From the NCBI GenBank assembly GCA_943354045.1, contig CALRBF010000001.1:343598-407597 (forward strand): a stretch of DNA of 64,000 nucleotides. Direction: 5' to 3'. Source of the DNA: Parcubacteria group bacterium (lineage in GTDB: Bacteria > Patescibacteriota > Minisyncoccia > SW-4-49-11). The translations under genes were made by a program, and so were the position numbers. The notes below the pieces were generated by a model. That model was not told the DNA's origin and did no database searches. It saw only the letters and a list, made by a program, of their open reading frames with translations. Below, one piece after another: positions 1 to 9,952 of the stretch (the first letter of the stretch is position 1; the number at the start of each line of letters is the position of its first letter).

Positions 1-299
1 CTTCGGTATTTTCTCAGAATACGGTTCATGATGTCAAATTAACTATACAAGATGATAGTACATTGAGTATTAGTTCTTCTGATTCTCAAGTTGGAGCCAA
101 TACCACCAAATTACCCGTGCATAGTACGGGAGAGACGGGACTTGCTGTTGCCTTTAATTATAATTATCTTTTAGATGGAATACAATTATTTGGTGATAAG
201 CCTATACAATTCAATGTTAATGATACTGATTCTCCTGTTATTATCAAAAGTCCCGATATTCCTGATTTCTTTTATCTTATAATGCCAATTCGAGACTAA
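1..299 (+). CDS. dnaN: DNA polymerase III beta subunit (sliding clamp), C-terminal fragment; 5' end lies outside the window
   Basis: The reading frame is open from base 1. The C-terminal sequence ...AVAFNYNYLLDGIQLF... resembles the DnaN C-terminal domain. Confidence 0.55.
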   Translation, partial: SVFSQNTVHDVKLTIQDDSTLSISSSDSQVGANTTKLPVHSTGETGLAVAFNYNYLLDGIQLFGDKPIQFNVNDTDSPVIIKSPDIPDFFYLIMPIRD

Positions 300-303
300 A
301 TAT

Positions 304-1827
304 ATGTTATCCCGAGTACAATCAGCAGCAACTCTAGGATTAAATGGACAAAGAATAGAGATTGAAGTTGATATGACTCAGGGTTTACCTGGTATTACTA
401 TTGTGGGATTACCCGATACTGCTGTCAATGAGGCAAAAGAGCGTATTCGCTTAGGTCTTAAAAATAGTGGAATTATTCTTCCCCAAAAACGATTTGTCCT
501 AAATTTAGCTCCAGCTGAGGTTAAAAAAATTGGAACAGCTTATGATTTACCCATGGCGGTTGCTATTCTTAAAGCTTTAGAATTAATTCAATTTCCAGAA
601 CAGGATTATATTATTCTTGGGGAAATGGGATTAGATGGTTCAATACGGGGGATACAGGGTATATTACCTATTGCGATATATGCCAAACAACAACATATAC
701 CCTATATTATTGTTCCTGCTGATAATGCTAAAGAAGCCTCCCTTGTAGAAGGTATTACTATTTTAGCAATTAATCATATACAAGAATTAATTGATCATTT
801 TGATATTAAAGTAAATACCCAAATCCAAGCTACTCCTACCTATAATTTTGTGCCTAAGCCCCATATTTCAGATATAGATATGTCTTATATACGGGGACAA
901 AAACTTGCCAAGAGAGCCTTAGAAATTGCGGCCGCAGGAGCTCATAATATATTAATGACAGGTCCTCCAGGAGCGGGGAAAACATTATTATCTCGTACCA
1001 TCCCCACAATATTACCGATAATGGATCGTGAAGAAGTATTAGAAGTTTCACAATTATATAGTATTGCAGGAAATCTTAATTCAGATAATCCACTCATAAT
1101 TAGTAGGCCATTTCGAGCACCACATCATACCGCATCGTCCATTTCTTTAATCGGAGGCGGGAGTTTTCCTAAACCAGGTGAAATTAGTCTTGCTCATCGC
1201 GGAGTGCTCTATATGGATGAATTTCCGGAGTTTCCCCGATTGGTATTAGAAAGTTTACGACAACCATTAGAAGATAGAATTGTGACAATATCCAGGGCAC
1301 AAGGATCTCTCACTTTTCCTGCCGACTTTATGCTTATAGCCAGCCAAAATCCTTGCCCTTGTGGCTATCTTACTGATAATGATAGAGAATGTATTTGTTC
1401 TCAGGCCCAAATTGTACGGTATCAGCAAAAAATATCTGGTCCATTACTCGACAGAATAGATATGATTATTCAGGTAGAAAAAGTCAAAACAGAAGAGTTA
1501 ATTAAGCCAACTGAAGTATTAGAAGAATCATCGGAATCAATTCGTAATAGAGTAGAAAAAGCTCGCGCAATACAAAGACAACGATTTCAAGATATGGGAA
1601 TTAAAACCAATAGTGAGATGAATATAAAACAAATTCAAGAAATTTGTATATTAGATAAAGCTTCACAACATCTTCTCACACAAGCGGTTAGTAAAATGAA
1701 TTTATCCGCCAGAGCCTATAATAGAATTCTCAAATTATCCCGTACTATTGCCGATATCGCCAACTCAGAGAATATTCAAATCACTCATATTGCAGAAGCT
1801 TTACAATATCGTGAAAAAGTTAATTAA
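304..1827 (+). CDS. comM: Mg-chelatase-like AAA+ ATPase, ComM/YifB family
   Basis: N-terminal Lon-like domain, Walker A GPPGAGKT, Cys cluster CPCGY and the YifB C-terminal domain. An intrinsic terminator hairpin follows at 1832-1860. Confidence 0.85.
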   Translation: MLSRVQSAATLGLNGQRIEIEVDMTQGLPGITIVGLPDTAVNEAKERIRLGLKNSGIILPQKRFVLNLAPAEVKKIGTAYDLPMAVAILKALELIQFPEQDYIILGEMGLDGSIRGIQGILPIAIYAKQQHIPYIIVPADNAKEASLVEGITILAINHIQELIDHFDIKVNTQIQATPTYNFVPKPHISDIDMSYIRGQKLAKRALEIAAAGAHNILMTGPPGAGKTLLSRTIPTILPIMDREEVLEVSQLYSIAGNLNSDNPLIISRPFRAPHHTASSISLIGGGSFPKPGEISLAHRGVLYMDEFPEFPRLVLESLRQPLEDRIVTISRAQGSLTFPADFMLIASQNPCPCGYLTDNDRECICSQAQIVRYQQKISGPLLDRIDMIIQVEKVKTEELIKPTEVLEESSESIRNRVEKARAIQRQRFQDMGIKTNSEMNIKQIQEICILDKASQHLLTQAVSKMNLSARAYNRILKLSRTIADIANSENIQITHIAEALQYREKVN

Positions 1828-1881
1828 ATAAAAAAGAGTGAATTTAGACACTCTTTTTTTATTTTCTATAAGAAATGTTAA

Positions 1882-3018
1882 TTATCTAGCTAAAGGATTC
1901 TTTGCTCCTCTTACTTCAAAGTGAAGATGACATCCTGTTGAGTTACCAGTTGTTCCCATAGCTCCAATATATTGACCTTTGTTTACAGAATTTCCAACTT
2001 GTAAATCTCTACTGCTAAGATGACCATAAAGAGTGATAACTCCATTGGGATGAGTTATTTTGATATAATTTCCATACCCACCATTCCATCCATTTTGAGA
2101 AGTAGTGACTACACCTTCAGCTGAAGCATAAATAGGTGTTCCACAAGAGTTACTAATATCCACACCATTATTAGAGTGAATTCTTCCATAATTGGTTCCT
2201 GTGGTGGGAAAAGCAAAATATCCATCATTACTAGAAAGACTAGCTGATTGTACATTGGTAGCGGGAGTTGTTTTTTTTGTAGCTACTTTTTTAGGTTGAA
2301 CTGGAGCTTCGGTTGGGAAAGGTTTTTCCTCATTAGGAATTACAGCATTAGGAATAATAATCGTATTCCCAAGAGCTAAATTATCTCCAATATTATTATA
2401 ATTTCTTATATTTTGCTCTGAAACACTATATTTTGAAGCTAAATCAGCTAAAGATTGTCCTTCTTTTAAAGTAACTTTAATACCATCTTCTGGAAGAATA
2501 TCTAAATTAGTATTAATATCAGGAGTTTTCTTTAAGTCTTTAATATCATTTGCAATAGCAACTGTTTCTGATGATATACCAAATTTTTGAGCAATACTAT
2601 CAATGGTATCACCTGGTTGCACAATATATTCTCGTGTTACAGGAGTAGCAGATTCTTTGGTATATCCTTCAGGTGCATTGAGGGCATTAATAATATTAGA
2701 GTTTACAACAGGAATATCAGGATTAGACTCTTCGTCACTAGGAAGTCCAAGTACTCCATTACCTTGAACTACTCCAACGGATCCAAGAGATGCATCAAGA
2801 GGTCCTCCTAAATTAGTATTAGAAAGAAGAGTTGACCCAAGAGGAAGTTTTCCTGCATAGGCTATATTACTGAATACGACTAATCCTACTACAAGAGTAA
2901 GAATAATCCAACTAATTCTATCTTGGCTATGCCTTGTGGCATTTTTTATGAATCGTGTCACCTGGTTTTTGGATAATTTAAAAACAGACGTACTAATAGG
3001 ATTCTTAACTAAATACAA
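1882..3018 (-). CDS. LysM-domain M23 family metallopeptidase
   Basis: LysM motifs (GDTIDSIAQKFGIS, GQSLADLASKYSV). The C-terminal M23 signature reads HxxxD ... GYGNYIKITH ... GCHLHFEV. An N-terminal TM anchor is present. Confidence 0.8.
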   Translation of the reverse strand: MYLVKNPISTSVFKLSKNQVTRFIKNATRHSQDRISWIILTLVVGLVVFSNIAYAGKLPLGSTLLSNTNLGGPLDASLGSVGVVQGNGVLGLPSDEESNPDIPVVNSNIINALNAPEGYTKESATPVTREYIVQPGDTIDSIAQKFGISSETVAIANDIKDLKKTPDINTNLDILPEDGIKVTLKEGQSLADLASKYSVSEQNIRNYNNIGDNLALGNTIIIPNAVIPNEEKPFPTEAPVQPKKVATKKTTPATNVQSASLSSNDGYFAFPTTGTNYGRIHSNNGVDISNSCGTPIYASAEGVVTTSQNGWNGGYGNYIKITHPNGVITLYGHLSSRDLQVGNSVNKGQYIGAMGTTGNSTGCHLHFEVRGAKNPLAR

Positions 3019-3219
3019 GGAATTCGAACTTCAAAACGGAATAAACAGACGAATGTTTTGATTCAAAATCAACCTTGTCTAATGATTTTAGATTCAAAAA
3101 TAGTATACAATAATTGCTTTAATTTGTCAATAAAAATGCCATAATTTGGCTTATATATTGTATTTTTAATAGTATAAAATTATATATGTGATACAATAAA
3201 CAGGAGAATATATAATATT

Positions 3220-4101
3220 ATGTTACAAAAAGAAAATAATCAGCAAAAAAAGTTGTTTCAGGACAAGTCAATAGCAGGAAAATCTAAACAAAGGACTGCT
3301 ACTTTATGGCATAAATATAACAAAATATTTGCCATTAGTATCATATTTTTGACCTTATCTTGTATATATATTTTTTTAGACAAAAATATATATACAGAAC
3401 AAAATATTATTGTGAATCACAATTATGATACAGGAGATAACACAGAGTCTCAAGATATAAATCAAACCATAAAAGCAAATAAAGAGATTATAGATAATGA
3501 TAATAACACCAAGTATACCAAATTATTACAAGTCATTGCAGTAATAGATGGGGATACCATAAAAGTAAATGATTTAGGAATAATACGACTCATTGGTATA
3601 GATACTCCAGAAACGAAAGATACTCGTAAGCCAATACAATGTTATGGTGAGGAGGCGAGTAATAAGGCAAAAGAATTATTAGATAATCAAGAAGTATATT
3701 TAGAATTTGATTCAGCAAATAGAATAGATAAATATGGAAGAACTCTCGCTTATATATATCGAAAAGATGGATTATTCTATAATGCTGAGATGATAAAACA
3801 GGGTTATGCCAATTCTTATACCAAATTTCCTCATCCTAAACTTGAAGAGTTTAATGAGTATCAAAAAGAGGCTAGAGATAATAATAGAGGATTATGGTCC
3901 CCAAATACCTGTAATGGGGATACAGGTCAGGCTGTAGATGAAAGGTTAAAAGCAGAATTAAATACGCAGAGTAGTAAGTATATTTCGGGATATTGTGATG
4001 TACTTAATACAAAGGGTATGGGTAATTTTACTCAAAATAATCCCAATTATCGGCTTAGTCGCGATAAAGATAAAGATGGTATTGCTTGTGAAATGAATTG
4101 A
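3220..4101 (+). CDS. Thermonuclease (staphylococcal nuclease-like) with C-terminal Excalibur Ca-binding motif
   Basis: SNase motifs DGDTIKV, RLIGIDTPET, YGRTLAYIY. The C-terminal DKDKDGIACE is an Excalibur DxDxDGxxCE motif. N-terminal TM helix. Confidence 0.7.
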   Translation: MLQKENNQQKKLFQDKSIAGKSKQRTATLWHKYNKIFAISIIFLTLSCIYIFLDKNIYTEQNIIVNHNYDTGDNTESQDINQTIKANKEIIDNDNNTKYTKLLQVIAVIDGDTIKVNDLGIIRLIGIDTPETKDTRKPIQCYGEEASNKAKELLDNQEVYLEFDSANRIDKYGRTLAYIYRKDGLFYNAEMIKQGYANSYTKFPHPKLEEFNEYQKEARDNNRGLWSPNTCNGDTGQAVDERLKAELNTQSSKYISGYCDVLNTKGMGNFTQNNPNYRLSRDKDKDGIACEMN

Positions 4102-4103
4102 TT

Positions 4104-4382
4104 TTATGAAAGATTATCAATGGCTTTCGCTAAGATAATATCTTTGTCTGTAATACCTCCAATATCATGTGTACTAAGATAAATTTCTACATAACCCCAA
4201 CCAAGATTAATATCAGGGTGATGCCCTTGCTCTTCGGCAAGTATTCCAATTTTATTTACTAAATCTAAAGCTTCTGCAAAAGTATTAAGTTCAAAACGAC
4301 AAGATAATAAATCTTGATTCTCGGATAATCTCCAATTAGAGTTTAACTCTGATAAAACCTCATTTATATTGATATTAGACAT
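4104..4382 (-). CDS. Pterin-4a-carbinolamine dehydratase
   Basis: EQGHHPDI and STHD motifs typical of PCD/DCoH. Confidence 0.7.
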   Translation of the reverse strand: MSNININEVLSELNSNWRLSENQDLLSCRFELNTFAEALDLVNKIGILAEEQGHHPDINLGWGYVEIYLSTHDIGGITDKDIILAKAIDNLS

Positions 4383-4476
4383 AAGAGTAATAATTATTAT
4401 ATATAGTATATCAAAGTATTATATCTTTACAAAGAGGGGGAAATAGTGTATTGTGGTTTAGGTTCTTTTTATTTAC

Positions 4477-4728
4477 ATGACAAGTACCACAAAGACTTTT
4501 CCAGTCCCAGCAGCAAAGCTAATTCCTTGGGAGGGCTATTATATTTACCCAGATGGTAAAGAGGTAAGAATCTACTTTGACCTCTTACCAAATCAAAAAG
4601 TTGATCTCGATCAGTTTTATGAAGTCAATGAACTCATTGGCACAACTAGCTCGAATAAAATGACTGTTCTTGGGAAGAATATCATTAACTCTAATCCAAC
4701 ACTAACTCATCTGCCAAAAAGCTATTAA
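4477..4728 (+). CDS. hypothetical protein
   Basis: ORF only, followed by a terminator hairpin at about 4745-4775. Confidence 0.3.
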   Translation: MTSTTKTFPVPAAKLIPWEGYYIYPDGKEVRIYFDLLPNQKVDLDQFYEVNELIGTTSSNKMTVLGKNIINSNPTLTHLPKSY

Positions 4729-4777
4729 ATATCTTTCTCTTTTACGCCCGTGCTACTAAGCTAAGGGCTTTTTTCTT

Positions 4778-5968
4778 TTATTTTATTGCCTCTAGCCTAA
4801 AAATTTGGTCACTTTTATCAGTGGGATTACCTCTCCCATCTTTATTAGAAGTACTAAAATAAATATATCCATCAGGTGAGACGGCTATATCTCGGATTCT
4901 ACCTTCAGCTATATTTAATTTTTCATAAGACTTTACTTTTTGTCTAGACTCATCTAAATAAATTACAAATATACCCTCACCTCTAAGACCACCGAATAAA
5001 AAGGTATTTTTGAGACTTGGATATTTATCTTGGGTATAGAATACTCCAGAAGCTGGAGCTACAGCAGGGGTGAATACAAGAAGGGGATCAATAGCCTCAG
5101 GAGTAGAATCGGTATGAGAGACTTTAGGCCAACCATAATCTTTACCAGGGAGAATACGATTGAATTCATCTCCTCCAGCTGCTCCATCGAATAATGAAGG
5201 TCCATGCTCAGTAGAGAATAAAACTCCAGAAATTGGGTCAAAATCTATACCTTGCGGATTACGATGCCCATAAGAATAGACATAAGAATTGCTAAAAGGA
5301 TTATCCTCTGGAATACTCCCATCTTTATTCATCCTTAGAATTTTACCACCTAGTGAATTAAGATCTTGAGCAATTTCTTTTTTGGTAGCATCTCCGGTAG
5401 TTATATATAATTTTTGGTCTGGTCCGAATCTTAGTCTTGATCCCGCATGGAATTTGGCGGCTGGAATTTTGTCTAGGAGTATTTTAAACTCTTTAGCTTG
5501 ATTATTGACATCTGTTAGTCTTACTACTTTTACAAACATCTGATTATTCTCCTCATAGGCTAGAGAAGTGTAAATATAAGGTGAGTTGGGATAATCAGGA
5601 TCCAGTACCATACCCATCAAACCTTCTTCATTGGTCGAACTAATTTCAGAAAATTTATAAAAATTAGATTGAGGTTGAGAGTTTTTGTAATATAAAATCT
5701 CGCCCGATCTCTGAGCAATATACATACTATTCTCAGTCGGGAAAACAATACTCCAAGGCACATATAGATTAGAGGCTACCGCAATATATGTATAATCTAT
5801 ACTTTTAGAAATAGTATTACTATCAACTTCTAATTTAGCGCCAGTTTTAATTTGAGGAGATTGTAGAATAGCAGTATAATTAATCAAAAAAATTGCTAGA
5901 ATAATTATAATAATCCCCAAAACCGAGAAAATAATTAGCTTTTTAGATTTTATTTTGGATTTTAGCAT
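4778..5968 (-). CDS. PQQ-dependent soluble sugar dehydrogenase (YliI/SGDH family), membrane anchored
   Basis: Beta-propeller SGDH motifs (YSYGHRNPQG, GPSLFDGAAGGDEFN, GKDYGWP). N-terminal TM. Confidence 0.65.
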   Translation of the reverse strand: MLKSKIKSKKLIIFSVLGIIIIILAIFLINYTAILQSPQIKTGAKLEVDSNTISKSIDYTYIAVASNLYVPWSIVFPTENSMYIAQRSGEILYYKNSQPQSNFYKFSEISSTNEEGLMGMVLDPDYPNSPYIYTSLAYEENNQMFVKVVRLTDVNNQAKEFKILLDKIPAAKFHAGSRLRFGPDQKLYITTGDATKKEIAQDLNSLGGKILRMNKDGSIPEDNPFSNSYVYSYGHRNPQGIDFDPISGVLFSTEHGPSLFDGAAGGDEFNRILPGKDYGWPKVSHTDSTPEAIDPLLVFTPAVAPASGVFYTQDKYPSLKNTFLFGGLRGEGIFVIYLDESRQKVKSYEKLNIAEGRIRDIAVSPDGYIYFSTSNKDGRGNPTDKSDQIFRLEAIK

Positions 5969-6015
5969 ATTTTTATTAATTTACAATTATTCATATTATA
6001 ACATAAACATATATA

Positions 6016-7149
6016 TTATCTATTTAAATCAAAAGAACCTGATTTTATCTGGGTTTTTATCTCCTCAGAGACAGTAGAATTATTAGCTATATTGGATAAT
6101 ATTGTTTCACGACCAGAATTAGATAAAATATAGGGAATTAGATTTCTAGATTCTAAGGTTATAATTTCATAATTTATATTTTCATTTTCTAGCTTTATAT
6201 TAACAGCAAGTCCTTGTTGAGTATTTTTGGAGAAGGTTTGGTCAAAAATAAAGTTACCTAAAGAATAAAAAATAACTTTATCTTTATATATTTCAATTGG
6301 CTGTATTACGTGGGGATGAGCTCCTAGTACCGCATCAGCACCAGCATCGATGAATTTATATGCTTTATCTTGTTGAGATTTAGAAAAGTTTGTCTTATAT
6401 TCTGCCCCCCAATGAGGATAAACAATAATAAAGTCGGTCTTATCACGGATATTTTTAATTTCATTAACAACACTAGTTGTGTCGGGATTAAACAGTTCAT
6501 GATATCCAATCAGACCAACTTTAAAATTTTCAATAGATTCAATATATGAGAGAGAGGTTTTATTTTTATAGTCACCAAAATATTTTAAATTTTCTTTATC
6601 AAGGAATTCTTTGGTCTGTCTTACTCCTTCAGCTCCAAAATCTAGAGAATGATTATTAGCTAAACTAAAATGTGTAAAACCTAGCTTTTTCAGCTCAGGC
6701 ACAATTTTAGGGTCAAAAGTAAAAGATACATTATTAGGATCTAGTGGTTTAGGATTAAAATTAGTAATACTTCCTTCAAGATTAGCTACAATCATATCTT
6801 TATCTTTGAGGATTGGTGGTATATTAGCAAATAAAGCAGTAGCTCCATTATTATCTATAAATTTTCGAATATACCGATCCAACATCATATCTCCAAAAGA
6901 TAAAATATTAATTGGCTTATCTATTTTATTATCCAACTCTTCAGGTTGGGTATTGGAGTCTTGCGCAGACTTCTTATCTTTTGAATTATCATCTAAAATT
7001 ATATCTGAATTAGATTTTTCCTCTACAGATGAGATAGAATTATTAGCTGTATTATCGATTGGTTTTTGAGAATAATACAAAATAGCAAAAAATAGACTAA
7101 TTATGAAAAATAAGCTAAAAATTAGTAAATATATTTTAGACTTTGACAT
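6016..7149 (-). CDS. CapA/PgsA-like metallophosphatase (poly-gamma-glutamate capsule synthesis family)
   Basis: Motifs LSFGDMMLDR, ANLEGSIT, NNHSLDFG, HWGAEY, GAHPHV, GNFIFDQ. Confidence 0.7.
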   Translation of the reverse strand: MSKSKIYLLIFSLFFIISLFFAILYYSQKPIDNTANNSISSVEEKSNSDIILDDNSKDKKSAQDSNTQPEELDNKIDKPINILSFGDMMLDRYIRKFIDNNGATALFANIPPILKDKDMIVANLEGSITNFNPKPLDPNNVSFTFDPKIVPELKKLGFTHFSLANNHSLDFGAEGVRQTKEFLDKENLKYFGDYKNKTSLSYIESIENFKVGLIGYHELFNPDTTSVVNEIKNIRDKTDFIIVYPHWGAEYKTNFSKSQQDKAYKFIDAGADAVLGAHPHVIQPIEIYKDKVIFYSLGNFIFDQTFSKNTQQGLAVNIKLENENINYEIITLESRNLIPYILSNSGRETILSNIANNSTVSEEIKTQIKSGSFDLNR

Positions 7150-7287
7150 ATTTTTATTAATTTATAATTATTCATATTATAGCATATAAATAGAGAAATT
7201 ATATTATACGATAAGTTCTTTTGTAGAGTATGCCTTTCAGTCGCCCCTACGAAATTTGACTTTTCCCTCTACTACAAAAAATAAAAT

Positions 7288-7845
7288 TTACTCAAATTTA
7301 TCAAAGGTAAAATATTTTAATTCCCCAAGAGGAATATTATATTTTGACTCAATTATCCATTTAGCATTATTAAATATAGCATTTTGCCAAGTATAACCAA
7401 TCAAATTAGTAGCTTTGATTAAGTCTTGTTCCGAGCCAGCTTCAATTTCAAGGTAAGGTGGTATTTGTGGCCAAGTATCAATATCAAAAGCTATATTGTC
7501 TAAGATAAAGGTATGCCTTAGTTTTTGCTGATGTCTAAAAACTTTAAACCCAATATTCTCAAAAAATAATTTTGCCTGACTGTAATTATCAACTGCAAGC
7601 TCAATCTCAGAAGCTCCATCAACACTTTGAGACCTATATTTTTTATAAGTTATTTTGACATTATCTCCAATTTTTCTTATTCTGATAAACTTATTTTCAT
7701 TTCTCCAATCACCATCCCTATCATAAATTATCATCTCATTAATCATAGACTCACCTTTATCTATAGCTCCTAAATCAAGTAAAGTCTGTATTAGGTTTTG
7801 TTTATCTATTTCTAAAAATCTACATTCTATTTCTAGGTTCAACAT
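7288..7845 (-). CDS. CYTH-domain protein (CyaB/ThTPase-like triphosphate tunnel metalloenzyme)
   Basis: N-terminal ExExRF motif (EIECRFLEI), size about 185 aa and a beta-barrel-like pattern. Confidence 0.4.
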   Translation of the reverse strand: MLNLEIECRFLEIDKQNLIQTLLDLGAIDKGESMINEMIIYDRDGDWRNENKFIRIRKIGDNVKITYKKYRSQSVDGASEIELAVDNYSQAKLFFENIGFKVFRHQQKLRHTFILDNIAFDIDTWPQIPPYLEIEAGSEQDLIKATNLIGYTWQNAIFNNAKWIIESKYNIPLGELKYFTFDKFE

Positions 7846-7932
7846 AAAGTTTATAAGTTATTTTGCATAGTACAATCTTAGCACAAATCTAATTGAGGTC
7901 AAATATTAGGGGATTAAAAGAGTTTCTAGATT

Positions 7933-8080
7933 TGTCCTCCTCCGTCCACTCCCGTATAAATACGACAGTGACCACCTCCCCCGAGGGAGGACAGGGATTT
8001 TGTCACTGCCTACCGCAGGCAAGCCTCGCTGGCGAGGGTGGCCGCAGGGCGGGTGTGGACGGGCGACTGTAAGGCCGCCC
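7933..8080. repeat. GC-rich hairpin-dense intergenic island, member of a 3-copy family
   Basis: About 60% GC in a roughly 32% GC context. Multiple short inverted repeats. The motif CTCGCTGGCGAGGGTGGCCGCAGGGCGGGTGTGGAC recurs inverted at 63566-63605. GAGGGAGGACAGGGATTTTGTC resembles 48968-48992. Confidence 0.5.
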
Positions 8081-8090
8081 CTACTAAAAG

Positions 8091-9143
8091 CTAAGCCTCT
8101 AAAACAGTATAAACTAATTCCAAAGGATAATGTTTTTCTTGAATTTGGTTTATGACAGTTTGGATTTTTGACAAAAGAGAGCTATTCTCTTTTGGTATGG
8201 TGAACAAAAGTATAAATGGATTATCTTGATTGATATACTCGCAACTAAATCCTTCAGAGCTAGAGGCTATATCTATTGCTAATTCAATATTTTGCATAAT
8301 TTGGTTAGAAGTTTGTCCACCGGCATAAATATTAAACATTGGAACTTCTAAATTTTCTTCTAATTCAGCGCCATTGAGTAGGGGGTTGAAGTTTACAATT
8401 GCTCCAAAAGCATGATGTAGATTTTTGGAATGTAATTCTTGAAAATGAAAGTGATGTGTTCGGACAGAGACTGCAGAATTTTGCTCTTGTAGTCTAGTGG
8501 TCAGAATACTAGCAAAACCAGAAGCATATTGCTCACTGGCTGAATCTAGGACTTTATCTTGATTTTGGAATTTATCTAAAATTTTACTCAAAACTTGCTT
8601 AGAACTTTTGTTAGTTAGAGTGTGAGCTACGGCTCCACATTTTGAGTGAGATGAGACTACAATTTCCTCAATAGTTGGATTATCTTCACATACAGAGATT
8701 ATATTATCTACCATTTGTAATTTTTCCTCGGCTGACATTAGGCATTCACAACCAGGAATTCCAAGTGATAAAGCATGATGAGAAGCGGTTAAATATTGTA
8801 TTCTCTCATCAATACAAGGTAACCAAATCATTTTTGGCCTTTTTACTAGACTATCTTTGAGAATTTTGTCTAAATGTAATTTGTATGTATACTCTGACTT
8901 ATATTTTGTCCCATCAAGATGCAAAAACCCTTTTACCCCTAAAACTTCAGATACAGGGTTGCTATATAACAGATTATGATAAGTTTGAGCATATTTTGCC
9001 CACTCTACACTACGATAAGAATCACAAGAGTTATCAACAGAATTTGCTGACGATATAATTTGGGCTGGCAAACGAAGAAGTGTGCCAAGAGAAGATATTC
9101 TAGACATAAATAAAAACAAATAATAGGACAAAGCCCAATACAA
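8091..9143 (-). CDS. hypothetical protein with beta-carbonic-anhydrase-like zinc-site motifs
   Basis: CIDER (CxDxR) followed about 57 aa later by HSKCGAV (HxxC), the spacing seen in beta-CA. Long N- and C-terminal extensions. The true start may be an internal Met. Confidence 0.3.
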   Translation of the reverse strand: MYWALSYYLFLFMSRISSLGTLLRLPAQIISSANSVDNSCDSYRSVEWAKYAQTYHNLLYSNPVSEVLGVKGFLHLDGTKYKSEYTYKLHLDKILKDSLVKRPKMIWLPCIDERIQYLTASHHALSLGIPGCECLMSAEEKLQMVDNIISVCEDNPTIEEIVVSSHSKCGAVAHTLTNKSSKQVLSKILDKFQNQDKVLDSASEQYASGFASILTTRLQEQNSAVSVRTHHFHFQELHSKNLHHAFGAIVNFNPLLNGAELEENLEVPMFNIYAGGQTSNQIMQNIELAIDIASSSEGFSCEYINQDNPFILLFTIPKENSSLLSKIQTVINQIQEKHYPLELVYTVLEA

Positions 9144-9261
9144 ATAACAATTATTTTAAGACTTGTCTATTATAAACCTAAGAGGGGGTTTTTGTAAAGG
9201 GTATATATCAAAAAAATAACAATATATATAAATAATGAAATATACGATATAATAAAGTCAT

Positions 9262-9894
9262 ATGAAGTATTTACTTATACATGGATATGGTATTGGTTTA
9301 CAATACTCTTTTTTTAAATCAGCAGAAGGAGAAAATGCTGGTTTTGGAGCTTTTGAGGATTTGATTATAGTGGGTGAGGCGAAAGTTTTTCGTTGGGAAA
9401 TAGCCCGTAAATTAAGTTTTATAGAGTCAATAAACCTGAAACTCAATATAAAACAATATGATATTGAAATGTTAAAGACGGAGAATCAAGAAGTATATGA
9501 TAGCTTACAAAAAGAATTAGAGTCAACAAAACCAGAAATAATAGTTTGTCATTCAGCAGGAAGTTCTTTGTTATTAAACTATCTTACCAATCATATATTA
9601 CCCCCTTCTGTGAAAAAAATTGTATTTATTCAAAGTAATATTTCACAGAATAGGTTGTTCCCAGAATATTTACAAGCAAAGTTACAAAAAAAAGAGATAA
9701 AATTGATAAATATGTACTGTTATTGGGATCAGGCTTTATGGTCTCTCATTTTGATTGGAAGACATATATCTATTGGATTATTCGGGAGTAAAAACACATA
9801 TGTACAAAATATATTCTTCCCCCTATACAAAAGGTTAAATTTACACACATCATCAATTAATGATATCAAAATATTTCCGTTTATTGAGGGGTGA
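9262..9894 (+). CDS. hypothetical protein, possible alpha/beta hydrolase; C-terminus encoded by a dnaE-end-derived repeat copy
   Basis: Nucleophile-elbow-like VCHSAGSS. The last about 20 codons overlap the repeat at 9833-9894. Confidence 0.3.
   Translation: MKYLLIHGYGIGLQYSFFKSAEGENAGFGAFEDLIIVGEAKVFRWEIARKLSFIESINLKLNIKQYDIEMLKTENQEVYDSLQKELESTKPEIIVCHSAGSSLLLNYLTNHILPPSVKKIVFIQSNISQNRLFPEYLQAKLQKKEIKLINMYCYWDQALWSLILIGRHISIGLFGSKNTYVQNIFFPLYKRLNLHTSSINDIKIFPFIEG
9833..9894 (+). repeat. Partial copy (right half) of the about 100-bp dnaE-3'-end-derived repeat
   Basis: TTAAATTTACACACATCATCAATTAATGATATCAAAATATTTCCGTTTATTGAGGGGTGA is near-identical to 11795-11855 and 12674-12734. Confidence 0.85.
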
Positions 9895-9952
9895 AATGCT
9901 TTACAGGAGACAATATATAGCATATAATAGATAAATATTTGTAATATAAGAT

